A DNA stretch of 64,000 nt from Trypanosoma brucei. Its lineage: Eukaryota. Positions 1-11,381 of the stretch are shown in pieces. The position numbers and the translations under genes are program-made. The stretch's first letter is position 1. Every line of letters begins with the position of its first letter. The stretch lies in assembly GCA_000002445.1 (NCBI GenBank), contig CM000207.1, positions 320,001 to 384,000 of the forward strand, in the 5' to 3' direction. The notes beneath the pieces are model-generated. The model was not told the origin of the DNA and made no database searches. It saw only the letters and a list, made by a program, of their open reading frames with translations.

Positions 1-265
1 ACTTCCTTAAGGCCCTATATTATTTCTGAGCATGGCACAACGCCTCTGCAGCCCTTCACTAGTTCATGCATCCCTCTTCCTCCCTTGGAAGGCCTTGTTA
101 TTTCAATGTGCCGATATCCTAACCCTAACAGTAACGGACGGATAAGAAAGCATAAAATATGAAATTTCTGCCGCAATATACATGTGAGATGACGGAAAAT
201 AAACGGATTGTTTATCATTAAAGTTGAAATTGAGTGATAAACTCATAAAAAGAGTTTAAAAGAAA

Positions 266-724
266 TTAGCATAGCAATAATAATGATAAAAATAGTGGAA
301 GTTTGGACAACCAAAGGGTGTGTCTTTGAATGTACGTCGCAGATGGCACGCCACAATGTCCCAGTCTATCGAATTGCTCTTGGAGATGTTTGAAATACTC
401 GTTTTCACTTACTCTGTCGTTGGTCTCGAGGAGGGCGGTTGCTTCAACAAAAAGTAGGTCAAGCGTTGTGTAAAACTCACGCGCCCTCTGAGTGAGCTTC
501 CCTGTCTGGAGCGTCACCACTCGTTTGGATGTTCTGTTGCCGCTGCTTTTTTCTCTGGCATTGGCCAACGTGTGACCGAAGCGTTCGAGGAGCTCCGCGA
601 CGGTGCACAGGACGGACAACGAATTGTTGCTCTCTTTGGATCCGCCGTCTTGGGCAGCGAGAACCTGCCCGCTGCCAAGCGAAAGCTCAAGAACAAGTTC
701 CCAGAGAAACCCAAGTCTGCTCAC
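266..724 (-). pseudogene. 152-codon minus-strand ORF with no in-frame ATG (its first codon is GTG). Probably a gene fragment or non-coding.
   Basis: Plus 722-724 is cac, so the start is GTG, and the translation has no internal Met. The ORF is in the same orientation as the downstream unit. I recognise no family. Confidence 0.15.
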
Positions 725-879
725 ATCTTATAGAATGCTTAAATACTGAATCAAGGGAATTTAAACAACTAGGGAAAGGACGAAAAGGCGATTAATAACC
801 GTACCTACTTTTATCACGGATATGAAAGATCTCACTGCTCCTTTCCATCAAGGACATTGTCAGTTGATACGAGCAGATA

Positions 880-3100
880 AAACTTAATTCACCCAAACTA
901 GCGAATTACTACTGTAGTGTGGACCGGTAAACCACCAAAAATCAGCAAATCCCGAATAAATGTTACAAAGTTCCCCCAATGTTACAACAGCGGTCGCAAA
1001 CGAACCCGCAGTGACAATGGCCAACACACACACACCCTCAATTTTTTGACAACATTGTCCATAATGTAATCCAACAAAGGAGGGCATGGTTGGTTTCGTC
1101 AAAACTACAAAAGTTCTTAACCCTAACAAACTGGACAATCACACACAACGAGGCACAGTAAACTACCGAACCCCCTAGGTACCACAAGGAGAAAAGCGAA
1201 TCGCGACCACCACCAACGAACATTGCAGTCCGATCACACTAATCGGTCATAAACAGGCAATTAACCTCTGTGAATGACACTCTTATATCGCGCAGCTGCT
1301 CAGACATTCTAACTCACGCAGACCCCGAAAACATCCCAAACTACAGCAACAGCATATTTCAACAGAGATTAACTTCCCGCAACTATTCGAATGAACGTCT
1401 TCAAGCTTCCAGCACAGCCTCACCAAAATGTACTCCAAATACATCACTGAACAAAGACACCAGGATGTACACAAACATCCAAATAGTAAATTACAATTTA
1501 AAAGAAACCGTACACCACAGCTCAATATACAAATCTCAGAGAGGGAAAAAGTTGCAAAGGCGGCTGCTTCAAGACAAAAAAAAAAGAAGCCAAAAACAAA
1601 GACAAAACCTACTAAAGCTGGTGGCGGTGACATGACTAGCAAAAACAACAACAAAGAAACACAAAGATAACACCATTCAGCAAGGGAAGCAGCAGCTGTA
1701 CCGCAGCAGCAAAATAAAGTCAGGACAAGGTGTAGTGACTCCTAGAAATGCCAACAAAAACAAGCCTTTACCCAGAAAGGGTAAGCCAGATAGTAATTGC
1801 AGGTATATCTTCATAACGTAGGAGTGCATTCCACCACAGCGAAAAGTTCACAGAAACACCCAACATACCTGAAAGTTTAAAAAAATTATCAGCGGGATCC
1901 AGACAACATATAAGTAAAAAGTAAACCAACTGAGAGCAGATACTATACCAACCGGCATCTGCAAAGGTAACCCACAAACCCAAACACTAAACAAGGGCAT
2001 CCCAACACGAATAAAAGCAGATAAAAGGCCCCAAAATAAACAAAAAGCCAGGAAGGGCAGCAGTTCCAACAACCAACAAAAAAAGCTCATACACCAAAAC
2101 CTTAGCTATAGCAAAGGATAGCGAAGCGCATCCAGGCGGAAATGCCACAGCAGCTACGACTCCGGCGAAGAAACACAACAACGTAGGCAGCAGGACCCAC
2201 TACCCGAAGGGTGCGGAGTAATCCCTACACTGGAAACATGAAAAAAAGCTAAAAAAACAGTCCCGTACGTCTTGCTGCTGCCACGCCTGCCACCCTGCCA
2301 ACACAGAGCAAAACACCGATGCGAACGCAAAAACAGCAAATGCGCAGAGACAAAGGGACCCAAAGAGACCTGACTCACAATAAGGTTGTGGGCTCGACTT
2401 GCACAACCCACGATTCCAACAATACGTCACAGCAGCAATTGAAGTAATGAAAAAAACGCACAAGATGCCACACCAAACATATTTCGTGCGACATAGCATG
2501 TTCCCTAACCTAAACATCAATGACCCAGCCATAGCAGAAGATAAAAGAGAATAAACATAATTATCTACTGCGGATTTGAGACGTTGAAGAACACATCTCT
2601 TCGGCTCAACCACTTCAATACAAAATAAGCAATGCAAACACACAACCCAAATTTACAGACAGAACAGCTGATGTTTAACCCGCTTTGCGTATCAACTGAA
2701 ATCAAAATCTTGGATTTTTCCAATCCCATCCAACGGATTTAGAGGAACATCTCTAACCAGACATGCTGGTCATAATCCTTCTCAGCAGTATCCGCAAAAA
2801 CGCCTGGTGGCAGAAGTAAAAAACTAACAAAAAATGGCGAACCCACCTAGGTTTTAAAAAGTCATCGAAGGTATCAAGAGCAACAAAGATAATCACAACA
2901 AAAGAATTAACTTTAAACAGACAGGTAAGAAAGCAAAAGAACAACTTCATGGTAATAATAGCACTATCACGAACAAAGGGTCTCTTTTAGAAATGCTGCA
3001 CCGCATAACCCACGTGTACGAAAACACGACACTCACTTTCAAAAAAGCTACAAATACTAAGCAATAAAGGAAGCGGAAGTAATCAACATAAAATTACTGA
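880..3100. other. A ~2.2-kb strand-skewed block, C+A-rich on the plus strand and G+T-rich on the minus strand, with no intact gene.
   Basis: Plus-strand composition is visibly dominated by a and c (acaa, caaa, ccac motifs). The minus strand yields multiple short hydrophobic ORFs in all three frames (884-1138, 1283-1654, 1848-2090, 1987-2181, 2200-2643, 2753-2950), but none has a convincing ATG or continuity. Confidence 0.5.
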
Positions 3101-3204
3101 AAGCAAAAAGCAAAAAAAATATTGTTATTCATGTCAGGCCCTTCGTTCCCTCAGTTTATCAACAACACAGTGGGGATTTTTTCCAATCCACAGCACAATA
3201 CCCT

Positions 3205-3477
3205 TCAACTCGAGAGTGGTATCAATACCACGAGTTCTTCACTCAAAAACGCTTTGCACTCATCAAGATCCAATTCCTCCAACCCCTTCAAAGTTTCTAG
3301 ACTCCTCAAACCTCCTAATATCTCACAGTTGCGCGGGTTCAGCTTCTTCAACTTAGTCAAATTCTTGGTTACATCAACATTTGAAATTCCTTTGCAACCT
3401 GATAGATCCAGTTCCTCAAGGGCCACCGAACCACGCAACACCACCAAACTGTTCAAATTCACCCCGCATCCAGACAA
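3205..3477 (-). pseudogene. Leucine-rich-repeat fragment of the T. brucei ESAG8/LRRP type: an ~24-aa repeat (L..L..L.LS.C..I.dV..L..L) without an ATG.
   Basis: The translation contains VALEELDLSGCKGISNVDVTKNLTKLKKL...LEELDLDEC. Its first codon is TTG (plus 3475-3477 caa). The frame upstream continues an LDLSGC motif but is interrupted by stops. The antisense frames are long and open, as expected for LRR repeats. Confidence 0.4.
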
Positions 3478-6350
3478 ATCCAGCCTTCTCCAGCACCCTC
3501 TCGCGACTCCTCAAACCGTTTATAAATCGACGACTGCCCGTCTATTCAATCACCCCCAAGTTCTCTCGCTATCTGATCCATGTTAATATCCTCAGGTTCC
3601 CTCTAACTTTTCCCAACACCTTAATTACATTGTTGATTTAACGTAAAAGTTAAGGGTTAGCCGGCTTGTAATCTGTCACAGGCTCCCAACACAAGGGACA
3701 TCTCCGAAGTTTCGCGGCACATGCGTGGTAGAACATATTTCTGCAGGGTAAAAGTTCCAGTGTTTCTTCACCTCAGTGGCCTAAACATACCGCGCATATG
3801 CCACATTCGTCGTGAAAAAAAAAAAAGATATCAATACAAGAGAAACCCGCCATGAGTGTATCCTATCAAAGGAAGTGGTTCCACTTAGCCTCCTGTTACG
3901 ACCATTGGGCTCTGATACCGTGATGTGGTGGATGGCATGGCAACGGAAAACCTCGTCTGCACAGCTTCGCTGTTGCACCTTCTTTATGTGCTTAAGCTTC
4001 TCACAAATCGCCACCAGTGCAAAGCTTCCTTTACTTCGCCCTTGGAATGTAATAATAAATGTTTTGTGTTTAGTTGACATCCGCTCGCTTACACTCAAAC
4101 TTTCCCATGCATCAGCCACGGTTGAAGTTGTGTATGTACAACGGGTTTGCGAAATTTACCGCCTCGGTTACGATTTAACGACTGTAGAGGAATAAATAAA
4201 TTATGACACTCGAAAACGGGTCAAACTTTCCTGTTGACTGTTCACAAGGTTTAAACTCTAAATTTTTTTTCGAAACAAAAAAAGCAGCAGGAGCCCGTGA
4301 AATGCTCCTGCTGGACCCTCTCTTACATTTAACTGAGAGAACCGGTTCTTTCGCTTTTTTTCTTTTGAGGTTAATGGAAGGGCTCACATAAGATCAATAT
4401 ATAAACGGTATTAACATCATTGCAATCACCCTTTCGGGTCCATCGACAATAATTCCTATACGAAGTTACGTGATGTCCCTTTAGCATCTCTTTTACAGAT
4501 AACAGTTACAAATTATGGTTTCTCTCCTCATTAGCTCCGTTTACTCCCACAGTTCTTATGAAGGAGTGCACTTTATTTAATCCGATTATCCAGTCATAAC
4601 TGCCTACCCTGACAGTTTGCACAAAAAACGTGTCGCTATGCTCCAATTTGTATATCGAAAATATTGTATTTGTTACAAGCATAATTGTTATTTTAGTTTT
4701 ATTTTTTTTAAAAGAAAAATTTAAAGTATCGCTCATACACATTTTTTTGGATGTTTTTGTTCTTCAACTCCTCTCGGGGAGCCCTACTTTAAGTGTGGAG
4801 CGAAAGTGCTCATGAGTCCCATCCGTCACGATTCCGGAGCAAATGACGGCGCATTAAAGCTGTCGCGCCCAACATGCGGAAAAACACTCCCCAGACGAAA
4901 CGGGTCCTACACTTCACATAAAAAAAAAGATGGACAATTTCCGTCTGATGCAAAAATAAACAAATAATAATCACACACCGACACGGCAACTGCGAAGAAA
5001 TGTTGGTGCACTTTCCGTGGACAGCAGACTGTAAAGGAGTATTTGTGCAGTATAAATATGTTCTCTTGGAGACAACTTGCATGGTTTCTCCTCGTGGAAG
5101 AAAAAAATACTTCCAAATACCACCACTCTCTCCTCAGTGAGTGAAGAAACCGCACACCAATTCCCCATTTTTATCACATTTTCTTCACTCTCCGGGAGGA
5201 TTCTCCGAAACAAACATTATGCAAAATTACTGTTGTAACGAACAAAAGGAGATTTTAAATAAATAAAGCATCCTCTAACTGCGTGCAAAGCAGTTACGGA
5301 GAGGTAAAGGATGTAAAAGTAACAAGAATTTATGTCAAAAAGAATTGCTAAGCGGTGTTTATGGGGGTGCGCCTAATTGAGGGAACTTCCCGTTTAGTTT
5401 GCATTACACCGCACCCCAACAACGTTACAAGAAATATATACATCCCGTGCCAGAAGGCAGTGCATGTAAATGAAAGGAATCCTCAGTCCTACTTAATAGC
5501 GGCATCTATAATATCGGATGTGTCTCGCAGCTTCGGTTAATGACCGCGGAAAGTGATGGCAAAGTCCCACAACAACATGGGAAGAAAGAAAAGTTATACT
5601 TATGTTGAGGAATGAGTGGAGATTAACGGTATGATTCTTGTCTCTTAGCGCAAGTCGTGTTGGTGATTTCGCATGCATCAAACCACCCGAGGGCAAGTGG
5701 CGCAATTACAAAACCATCATAAAGGAGTGTCGTGTCATTCTAACTTTTACTGCTTGATGGGGGGAAAAAAAAGAGGTAGGTGCAAAAGCGACATCAAAAT
5801 AGGATACGATACATCTCCTTTTCATCCATTTAGATTTTCTCGCTACCAATTTAGCCAGTAAACGTTTGTGTAAAACGAAACCACGCCTCTCAGTTATTTC
5901 CTCACATTGCTACAACTTTAGTAGTTGCACGAACTTCTAGTGATTATAAGGGAGGGGGAAGGAAATTTATACTGAACAAAAGGCATTTTCTCCTGCCTCC
6001 GACGCGGTGTCAGTGTATGGGTGGGAATGGTCTTCCTTCCGTCACTCAATGGCAGCAGCTGACGTTAGGGGAAAACAACAAACCCAATAAAAAAGAAAAG
6101 TTAAATGTGGATGATCAACAAACGGCTCAACTGTAAAAAACAGCAAACTGATAGTCGTATAATAATGTCACTTCTCTAAGTTTCTGTTTCCCTGCTCCCC
6201 CTTTTTTTTTTCGCTTATATTGAATTCTCTTCATTTCATCTTACTCTATCATCTTTGCATACGTTCGGTATTTCATCTCATCCTTTAGAGCCTCTCTCCC
6301 CCTCTTTCCTCTCCCCCCCCCCAATTGCAGAGGGAGCATAATATATTCTA

Positions 6351-8831
6351 CTACTGTGGCTGCTTTACTTCCTCTGCCACGACACCGATTTTAACGGGGT
6401 AAATGAGCTCAACCAACTTATCCCAAGTTACTGCCCGAGTGTTCTCCATGTTCCCGTACTCACTACGTGTGCAAAGGATCATATCTGCCTCGGTTAAGTT
6501 GCTCTCAACTGTGGCACCGCCCTCCACAATGATGAGGTTCGCCGTGTTGAGATGTCTGGACGAAACAAAACCCTCACTGAATCCAATACGTTTCCGTGCG
6601 ATCGGCAGTTTCACATGTCGGAAACCATACGACAATTCATCAAGCCACATTTTTTGTTTCGTTGACTCATGTACGTATGCCTCGGGAAGTATCCAACACC
6701 CGCGCACAAGAGCTGTCAAGAGTTTTACTGTTAACTGCCCGTTGGTGACTAAGTGGGTTAAATTCGTGGGGACCGGTGAGTTGGATTTACACTCGGCAAC
6801 TGTGGCGTACGGAAGCTTGTGAATTTTCTCAAGTAACTCCGTTCCGTCAAAACCGCTGATTGTAAAAACACGTTGCTCGACGGATCGGCTCCTCTTCGCT
6901 TGCTTACTGGCGGATGGAGGCACATTAGCCGATTGTATGCCCCGAAGGCACACGTTCCCACCTCCAAAATGAAGAGACACGGGCGAATGCGAAGCGTTCC
7001 GCACCGAGCGGCGGAACTCCTCATCCAGTCGCTTCTCAAGCAGGGAACATCTACTCGTGACGGCAGCGAGCTCGATTTCCATATTCTCCGCCCTCTTGCA
7101 CATGGTAAGATACTTGACGCGCAGTTGCTCCAGCTGTTTATCAGTTTGAGATGCCTGTTCGACGGCATGCTGCAGACGCTTCCTATCACACTCCGCTTCC
7201 TCTAGCTTGGATCGAAGATCAGACATATTTGTGATTGCTTCTGTCTCATATTTCATTTTTTCTTGCCTTACAGCGGACAGCTCACTCTCAGTTTGCATCA
7301 ACTTCACTTGCGCCGCGGCCAACTTTTCCTTCAATTCCAGCATATCCTGTGAATAAACAGTTTCAGTCAAATCGTACTGTTGCTGCAAGTGCTGAGTGCG
7401 CTCCTCAGCCTGAAGGAGTTCGCTGCGGGCGGTTTCAAGTTTATCCACCGCAGAGGCGCGGTCACGCTCAGCGGCTTGCAGGGCATTCCTCATCGTGATG
7501 TTCTCACTTTCCAGATGGCTTAGTTGCTCTTCACGCTGCACTATTAGTGCTGCGGCTGCGGATAATTCTTCCGCTGCCTTCACTGCTTGGCGCTTCAAAA
7601 AGGATGTTTCTTCTTCCAAAGACACCCTCCCATTCTTTGCTTCCCGAATGAGAATTTCGGATTCCTGTTGCTGCTGGCATAAAGCAAGGTGGTGTTGGTC
7701 CCGGATACTCCTTAACTCCTTTTCGTGTTCTTGGGTCATTTGTTTAGCCTCAGCTTCGAGCATGCGAACACGGTGTTGTAGATTTGTGATCTCCTCCGAA
7801 AAAGAACCGGATTTTCCCTTGAAGACCTTCAACTCCTCACGGAGCTCATCAATGATTTCTTCCTTGGATGAAATTATCTTCTTCATGCGGTCGTTATTCG
7901 TCGCCATTAGGGAGTCAAGAGCTTCACTTTGGGAGCGCTCAGTCTTCTCGACAAAGATCTTGTGCATGTTTTCCAATTCTGCATAACGAGTCGTGCACGA
8001 TTCCAGGGAGCGTTGGAGTTCGTCACATTTGGCTTGGGTGGACTTAATATTGGCACGAAGGAGTTCATTCTCCCTACCCAGACGGCAGGCTTCTTCACGA
8101 CTCTTCACGTTGCTTTCGTCTAGTGCCTCGATATCTTCCGTTAGTTTGGTTATTTGCTCGCGCATGAACTCCGTACGGCCACTGCCTTCAACTTCCGAGC
8201 GCCCTTCCACCTCTGCTAACTGACGGCAGTGCTCTTCTTTCATAGCTTCCAACTGCTGTTTGAGGAACTCCTTGTCTCTACTGCTTTGAGAAATCGATTT
8301 TTCCAACTGCGCCTCTGAGTTTCGCCGTGCTTTGGCCTCCTTTTCAGCTTTGGCCTCTGCTTCGTCAAGTTGCTCCTTAAGAGTTCTCGCGTATTCACGC
8401 GTTGTTTGTAACTCCTGCTGTGTTTGTACGAGCTCAAACCGCACAATTTCTAATTCTCGCTGGTTACCGGACCACCTTAACTGCTCACGCTTCAGTTGAG
8501 CGATACGCGCTCGCAACTCATCTATTTCATGAAGCGACGCAAAACTTGCATTCGACACCGACTGCCTGCACGAAGCTCGTTGAGAAGTACTGTGAATAAA
8601 TCGCGCTGAGGAGGGACCTGAACTCCCTCCCAATTCTTCCACCTCCTTTGCCATGCCTTCTCCCACCATCAGCAACTCCCCGGGTCTCGAATTCTCGTCC
8701 GTCTCAACCCCTCCTCCAGTGGCTTCCGGTATGGGATCGGCGAGGTGAATACTCTTTTGCAGCCAAAGGCTGTCCGACTCACTGATGCTCATTGAATCAA
8801 TGCACTTACATTTAAACACATGCGTTGCCAT
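6351..8831 (-). CDS. Coiled-coil protein (826 aa) with two BRCT-like regions at the C-terminus.
   Basis: ATG confirmed (plus 8829-8831 cat). The central ~500 aa have heptad-rich E/K/Q/L coiled-coil composition. The C-terminal VFTISGFDG...LTHLVTNGQ.TVKLLTALVRGCWILPEAYVHES matches the BRCT pattern (F.G...THLV...T.K...A...G..IV...W), followed by a second weaker BRCT-like block. A polypyrimidine tract on the coding strand abuts the ATG. Confidence 0.7.
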   Translation of the reverse strand: MATHVFKCKCIDSMSISESDSLWLQKSIHLADPIPEATGGGVETDENSRPGELLMVGEGMAKEVEELGGSSGPSSARFIHSTSQRASCRQSVSNASFASLHEIDELRARIAQLKREQLRWSGNQRELEIVRFELVQTQQELQTTREYARTLKEQLDEAEAKAEKEAKARRNSEAQLEKSISQSSRDKEFLKQQLEAMKEEHCRQLAEVEGRSEVEGSGRTEFMREQITKLTEDIEALDESNVKSREEACRLGRENELLRANIKSTQAKCDELQRSLESCTTRYAELENMHKIFVEKTERSQSEALDSLMATNNDRMKKIISSKEEIIDELREELKVFKGKSGSFSEEITNLQHRVRMLEAEAKQMTQEHEKELRSIRDQHHLALCQQQQESEILIREAKNGRVSLEEETSFLKRQAVKAAEELSAAAALIVQREEQLSHLESENITMRNALQAAERDRASAVDKLETARSELLQAEERTQHLQQQYDLTETVYSQDMLELKEKLAAAQVKLMQTESELSAVRQEKMKYETEAITNMSDLRSKLEEAECDRKRLQHAVEQASQTDKQLEQLRVKYLTMCKRAENMEIELAAVTSRCSLLEKRLDEEFRRSVRNASHSPVSLHFGGGNVCLRGIQSANVPPSASKQAKRSRSVEQRVFTISGFDGTELLEKIHKLPYATVAECKSNSPVPTNLTHLVTNGQLTVKLLTALVRGCWILPEAYVHESTKQKMWLDELSYGFRHVKLPIARKRIGFSEGFVSSRHLNTANLIIVEGGATVESNLTEADMILCTRSEYGNMENTRAVTWDKLVELIYPVKIGVVAEEVKQPQ

Positions 8832-9259
8832 AGAGAAGGAAAGAGAAAGCAGTTAGGATAGCATGCATTCACAACGAATAGTGCCGCAACACGAGTGAAA
8901 CATGTATGTTACCACCAGTGATGCGGCGGTTACAAGTGCAAGTTTCGGTGGGGTGACACTTACATGAGAAACAAAAGACATATATTTTTTTTGTTGTTGC
9001 TTTTGTTGTTGTTGTTGTGCCGTGGGAACACCAGTTAATCATTTATAGTTACGCTGCATAGGAAAACACGCACAAGCATAATATGCCGGTGCATATTAAG
9101 AGACCTTGACACACCATGCAAACCTACTACCACAATAATACCTACCATCCCATGTGCGCAATAATGAATACAGAAAGACGAAAATCGAGTGAGGGGGAGT
9201 GGAAGAAATAATGGAGCGAAGGTAAACGCGAAGGTTTACCATTATTTTTTTTTTTCGCT

Positions 9260-10873
9260 CTACGCACTGGGGTGCATGACCTGTTTCACCATTTTTGTGA
9301 AGAGCCATAGTTGCGACTCCTCCACAGGGGTAGTTGAGCCCCTTGTTATCAGTTCATGAATCCGTGGCCTCTGTTCATTTTCGGAACCATGTGAAGAAAA
9401 CGAACTTGGAACGCAGAAAGTGACACCGTATTTTTTCAACATGGAAGGATCCGCCTGCACTTGCTCAAATATGGCATTCCATGTCTTTATGTCCCCTTGA
9501 CGAATGACGTGGACATAGTATGTGTCTGCCCTCCGCTGTAGCTCTTCTTGGTCACGCAAATAAAGTGGTAGTATTTCCTCAGATGCGTCGGTATCGACGA
9601 AGAAGCTCGTGCGCTCATCATATGGGGCAAATATGTCTTTCGAAAAATGTGTGGGAGAAAACTTACCCTTCTCCCGTGAGAGATCTTGTGAACCCACACC
9701 GGCTACCTCCAATTTTTTGATACTCTCCAAACGCCGAACTCGTCCACCCAACGCTGCCGATTTATCATTAAGGAGTCGAAGAAACTCCGAAACATTTGCT
9801 GAAGTTACCTTCATATGAATACCATTGGGAACAAGTTCAACCAACTTACCACCACGTGGCACACTAAAGGTTAGGTTCTGTTGTGCGATTGCTGGGCCAA
9901 AGATGTGACCATTTTTGATTGCCTCCACTTTCGCTTGGAATTCAGCTTCTGATACCACGACACCAATGAGGGTGGCATCCACTGGATTGGGTTGTTGTAA
10001 CATTATCTCGGAGGGTGAGGGATATTTTTTGACGGCACCGATGTTGGAGTTAAGAAGGTCACTATCCGCAGTGGAGGGAGGGGAAAAGAGTTGATCAAAT
10101 CGCTCTTTTTTGGCGTCAGAAGCACAAACCGCAACCGCAGCACCTTTAGGACGACTGCCGTGCCTGGTGTTTACATCGCAGTGCCGTGCCATTGTTGAAA
10201 TTTCTGTCACACGGGCATTGCGGTACCGTTGTATTTTCTCCAAGTACATTGGTATATCATCGTAGCTCACATTAATCGTAGATCCATTCTCAATGAGCTC
10301 ATGGACGGTGCCATCAGGTAGTGGTGCCACCCACTTCAAGTCTGCCTTCTCGAAATCCTCCCGGTTATGCGTGAGGAGGGCGTCAAGTTGACTAAAAAAA
10401 TCCCTGTTTGATGTTGGAGAAAGCAGCACCTGCGGTTGCTCGGTAGCATATAAGGCGTGGTTTCCAGTTCCTTTATCCCCCACAATTGGAACAGGCGCAG
10501 ATCGCTTCGAAGCTTCCTTGAAACTTAACGATGGTGCGCTGTTTTTTCTCTGGATTTGATCACTGATAAAGTCCATTGCCGTCTGTCCCAAATTCACTTC
10601 GCAGATGTCAGCAACAGTAAAAAGAGACACCGCCAGCCGACCAATTAAAGTTCTCACTTCCTCCTGTTCGAATCGAGATAGTGAGAGAGCGCCTTCACCC
10701 TGTTCTGCAAGATTAGACAACTCGCCTACACCCGACATCATTTGCAGTAATAAACGGCATAAGGATTCATTATTTGCGTTGATACCCATTAACTCCATTC
10801 GCTTCCTGTTTTCAGTGACAATGTCTTCAATAACTAGCATTCGCCTTGGTTGGGAGGCATCTCTGAATACCAT
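9260..10873 (-). CDS. Conserved hypothetical protein (537 aa).
   Basis: A long ATG-initiated ORF (plus 10871-10873 cat) in the unit orientation. No confident domain. Two segments weakly resemble the HECT N-lobe (..PNG..I.VT..N..EY..L), but the catalytic Cys region is absent. Confidence 0.7.
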   Translation of the reverse strand: MVFRDASQPRRMLVIEDIVTENRKRMELMGINANNESLCRLLLQMMSGVGELSNLAEQGEGALSLSRFEQEEVRTLIGRLAVSLFTVADICEVNLGQTAMDFISDQIQRKNSAPSLSFKEASKRSAPVPIVGDKGTGNHALYATEQPQVLLSPTSNRDFFSQLDALLTHNREDFEKADLKWVAPLPDGTVHELIENGSTINVSYDDIPMYLEKIQRYRNARVTEISTMARHCDVNTRHGSRPKGAAVAVCASDAKKERFDQLFSPPSTADSDLLNSNIGAVKKYPSPSEIMLQQPNPVDATLIGVVVSEAEFQAKVEAIKNGHIFGPAIAQQNLTFSVPRGGKLVELVPNGIHMKVTSANVSEFLRLLNDKSAALGGRVRRLESIKKLEVAGVGSQDLSREKGKFSPTHFSKDIFAPYDERTSFFVDTDASEEILPLYLRDQEELQRRADTYYVHVIRQGDIKTWNAIFEQVQADPSMLKKYGVTFCVPSSFSSHGSENEQRPRIHELITRGSTTPVEESQLWLFTKMVKQVMHPSA

Positions 10874-11381
10874 CGCTGGAAGTTATTTCTTTTAGCCGTC
10901 ACCGTATGATGGGGTGTTTTACTTAGATGATGCCAGAAACCTCGTGTAATTCGTCCATATAAATATAAATATATATATATATATTAATGAAAGTGGTGAA
11001 ATTAAGAAGGTGGTATAAGAGAGAAGGGGGAAAGAAGTATAAGCAGGAGGTTTTAAAATGCCAACTAAAAAAAAAAAAGGAAATAAAAAGGGAGGGCATT
11101 GAATTGCCCTCCGTATCACTGATCCGGAAAAAATATTAGAGAGATGAGCACCTGAATAACACCAGCAAACCAGCAACCAGAAAAAAAAACAACAAAACAA
11201 ATGAAAGATGGAGTCTCCCAAAACCCTCTTTTGAACAGATGGGCAGAACGGGAGAATCCCTGCAACTCCTAAAAAGAAAAAAACTGCAGACACTCGCCCC
11301 AACGAGCAACAGCGGTTCCCAAAAGCAAATAAAACCACAAGCTGATATCCCTTTTTTAAAAAAAGAAAAGAAAAAAAGACG

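Noticed and set aside
3122-3586. 154-aa and 86-aa plus-strand ORFs (3122-3586, 3381-3641).
   Set aside because: They are antisense to the LRR relic. LRR codons give stop-free antisense frames, and the peptides are low-complexity Ser/Pro/Thr-rich.
4457-4472. loxP-arm-like 13-mer (tatacgaagttac, 12/13 match to TATACGAAGTTAT).
   Set aside because: It is a single half-site with no 8-bp spacer or inverted partner, so it is most likely chance. There is no other vector-like sequence nearby.
9260-10873. Possible HECT ubiquitin-ligase N-lobe similarity in the 537-aa protein.
   Set aside because: There are two short motif-level resemblances only. I found no C-lobe or catalytic cysteine context, so the evidence is insufficient to call it.
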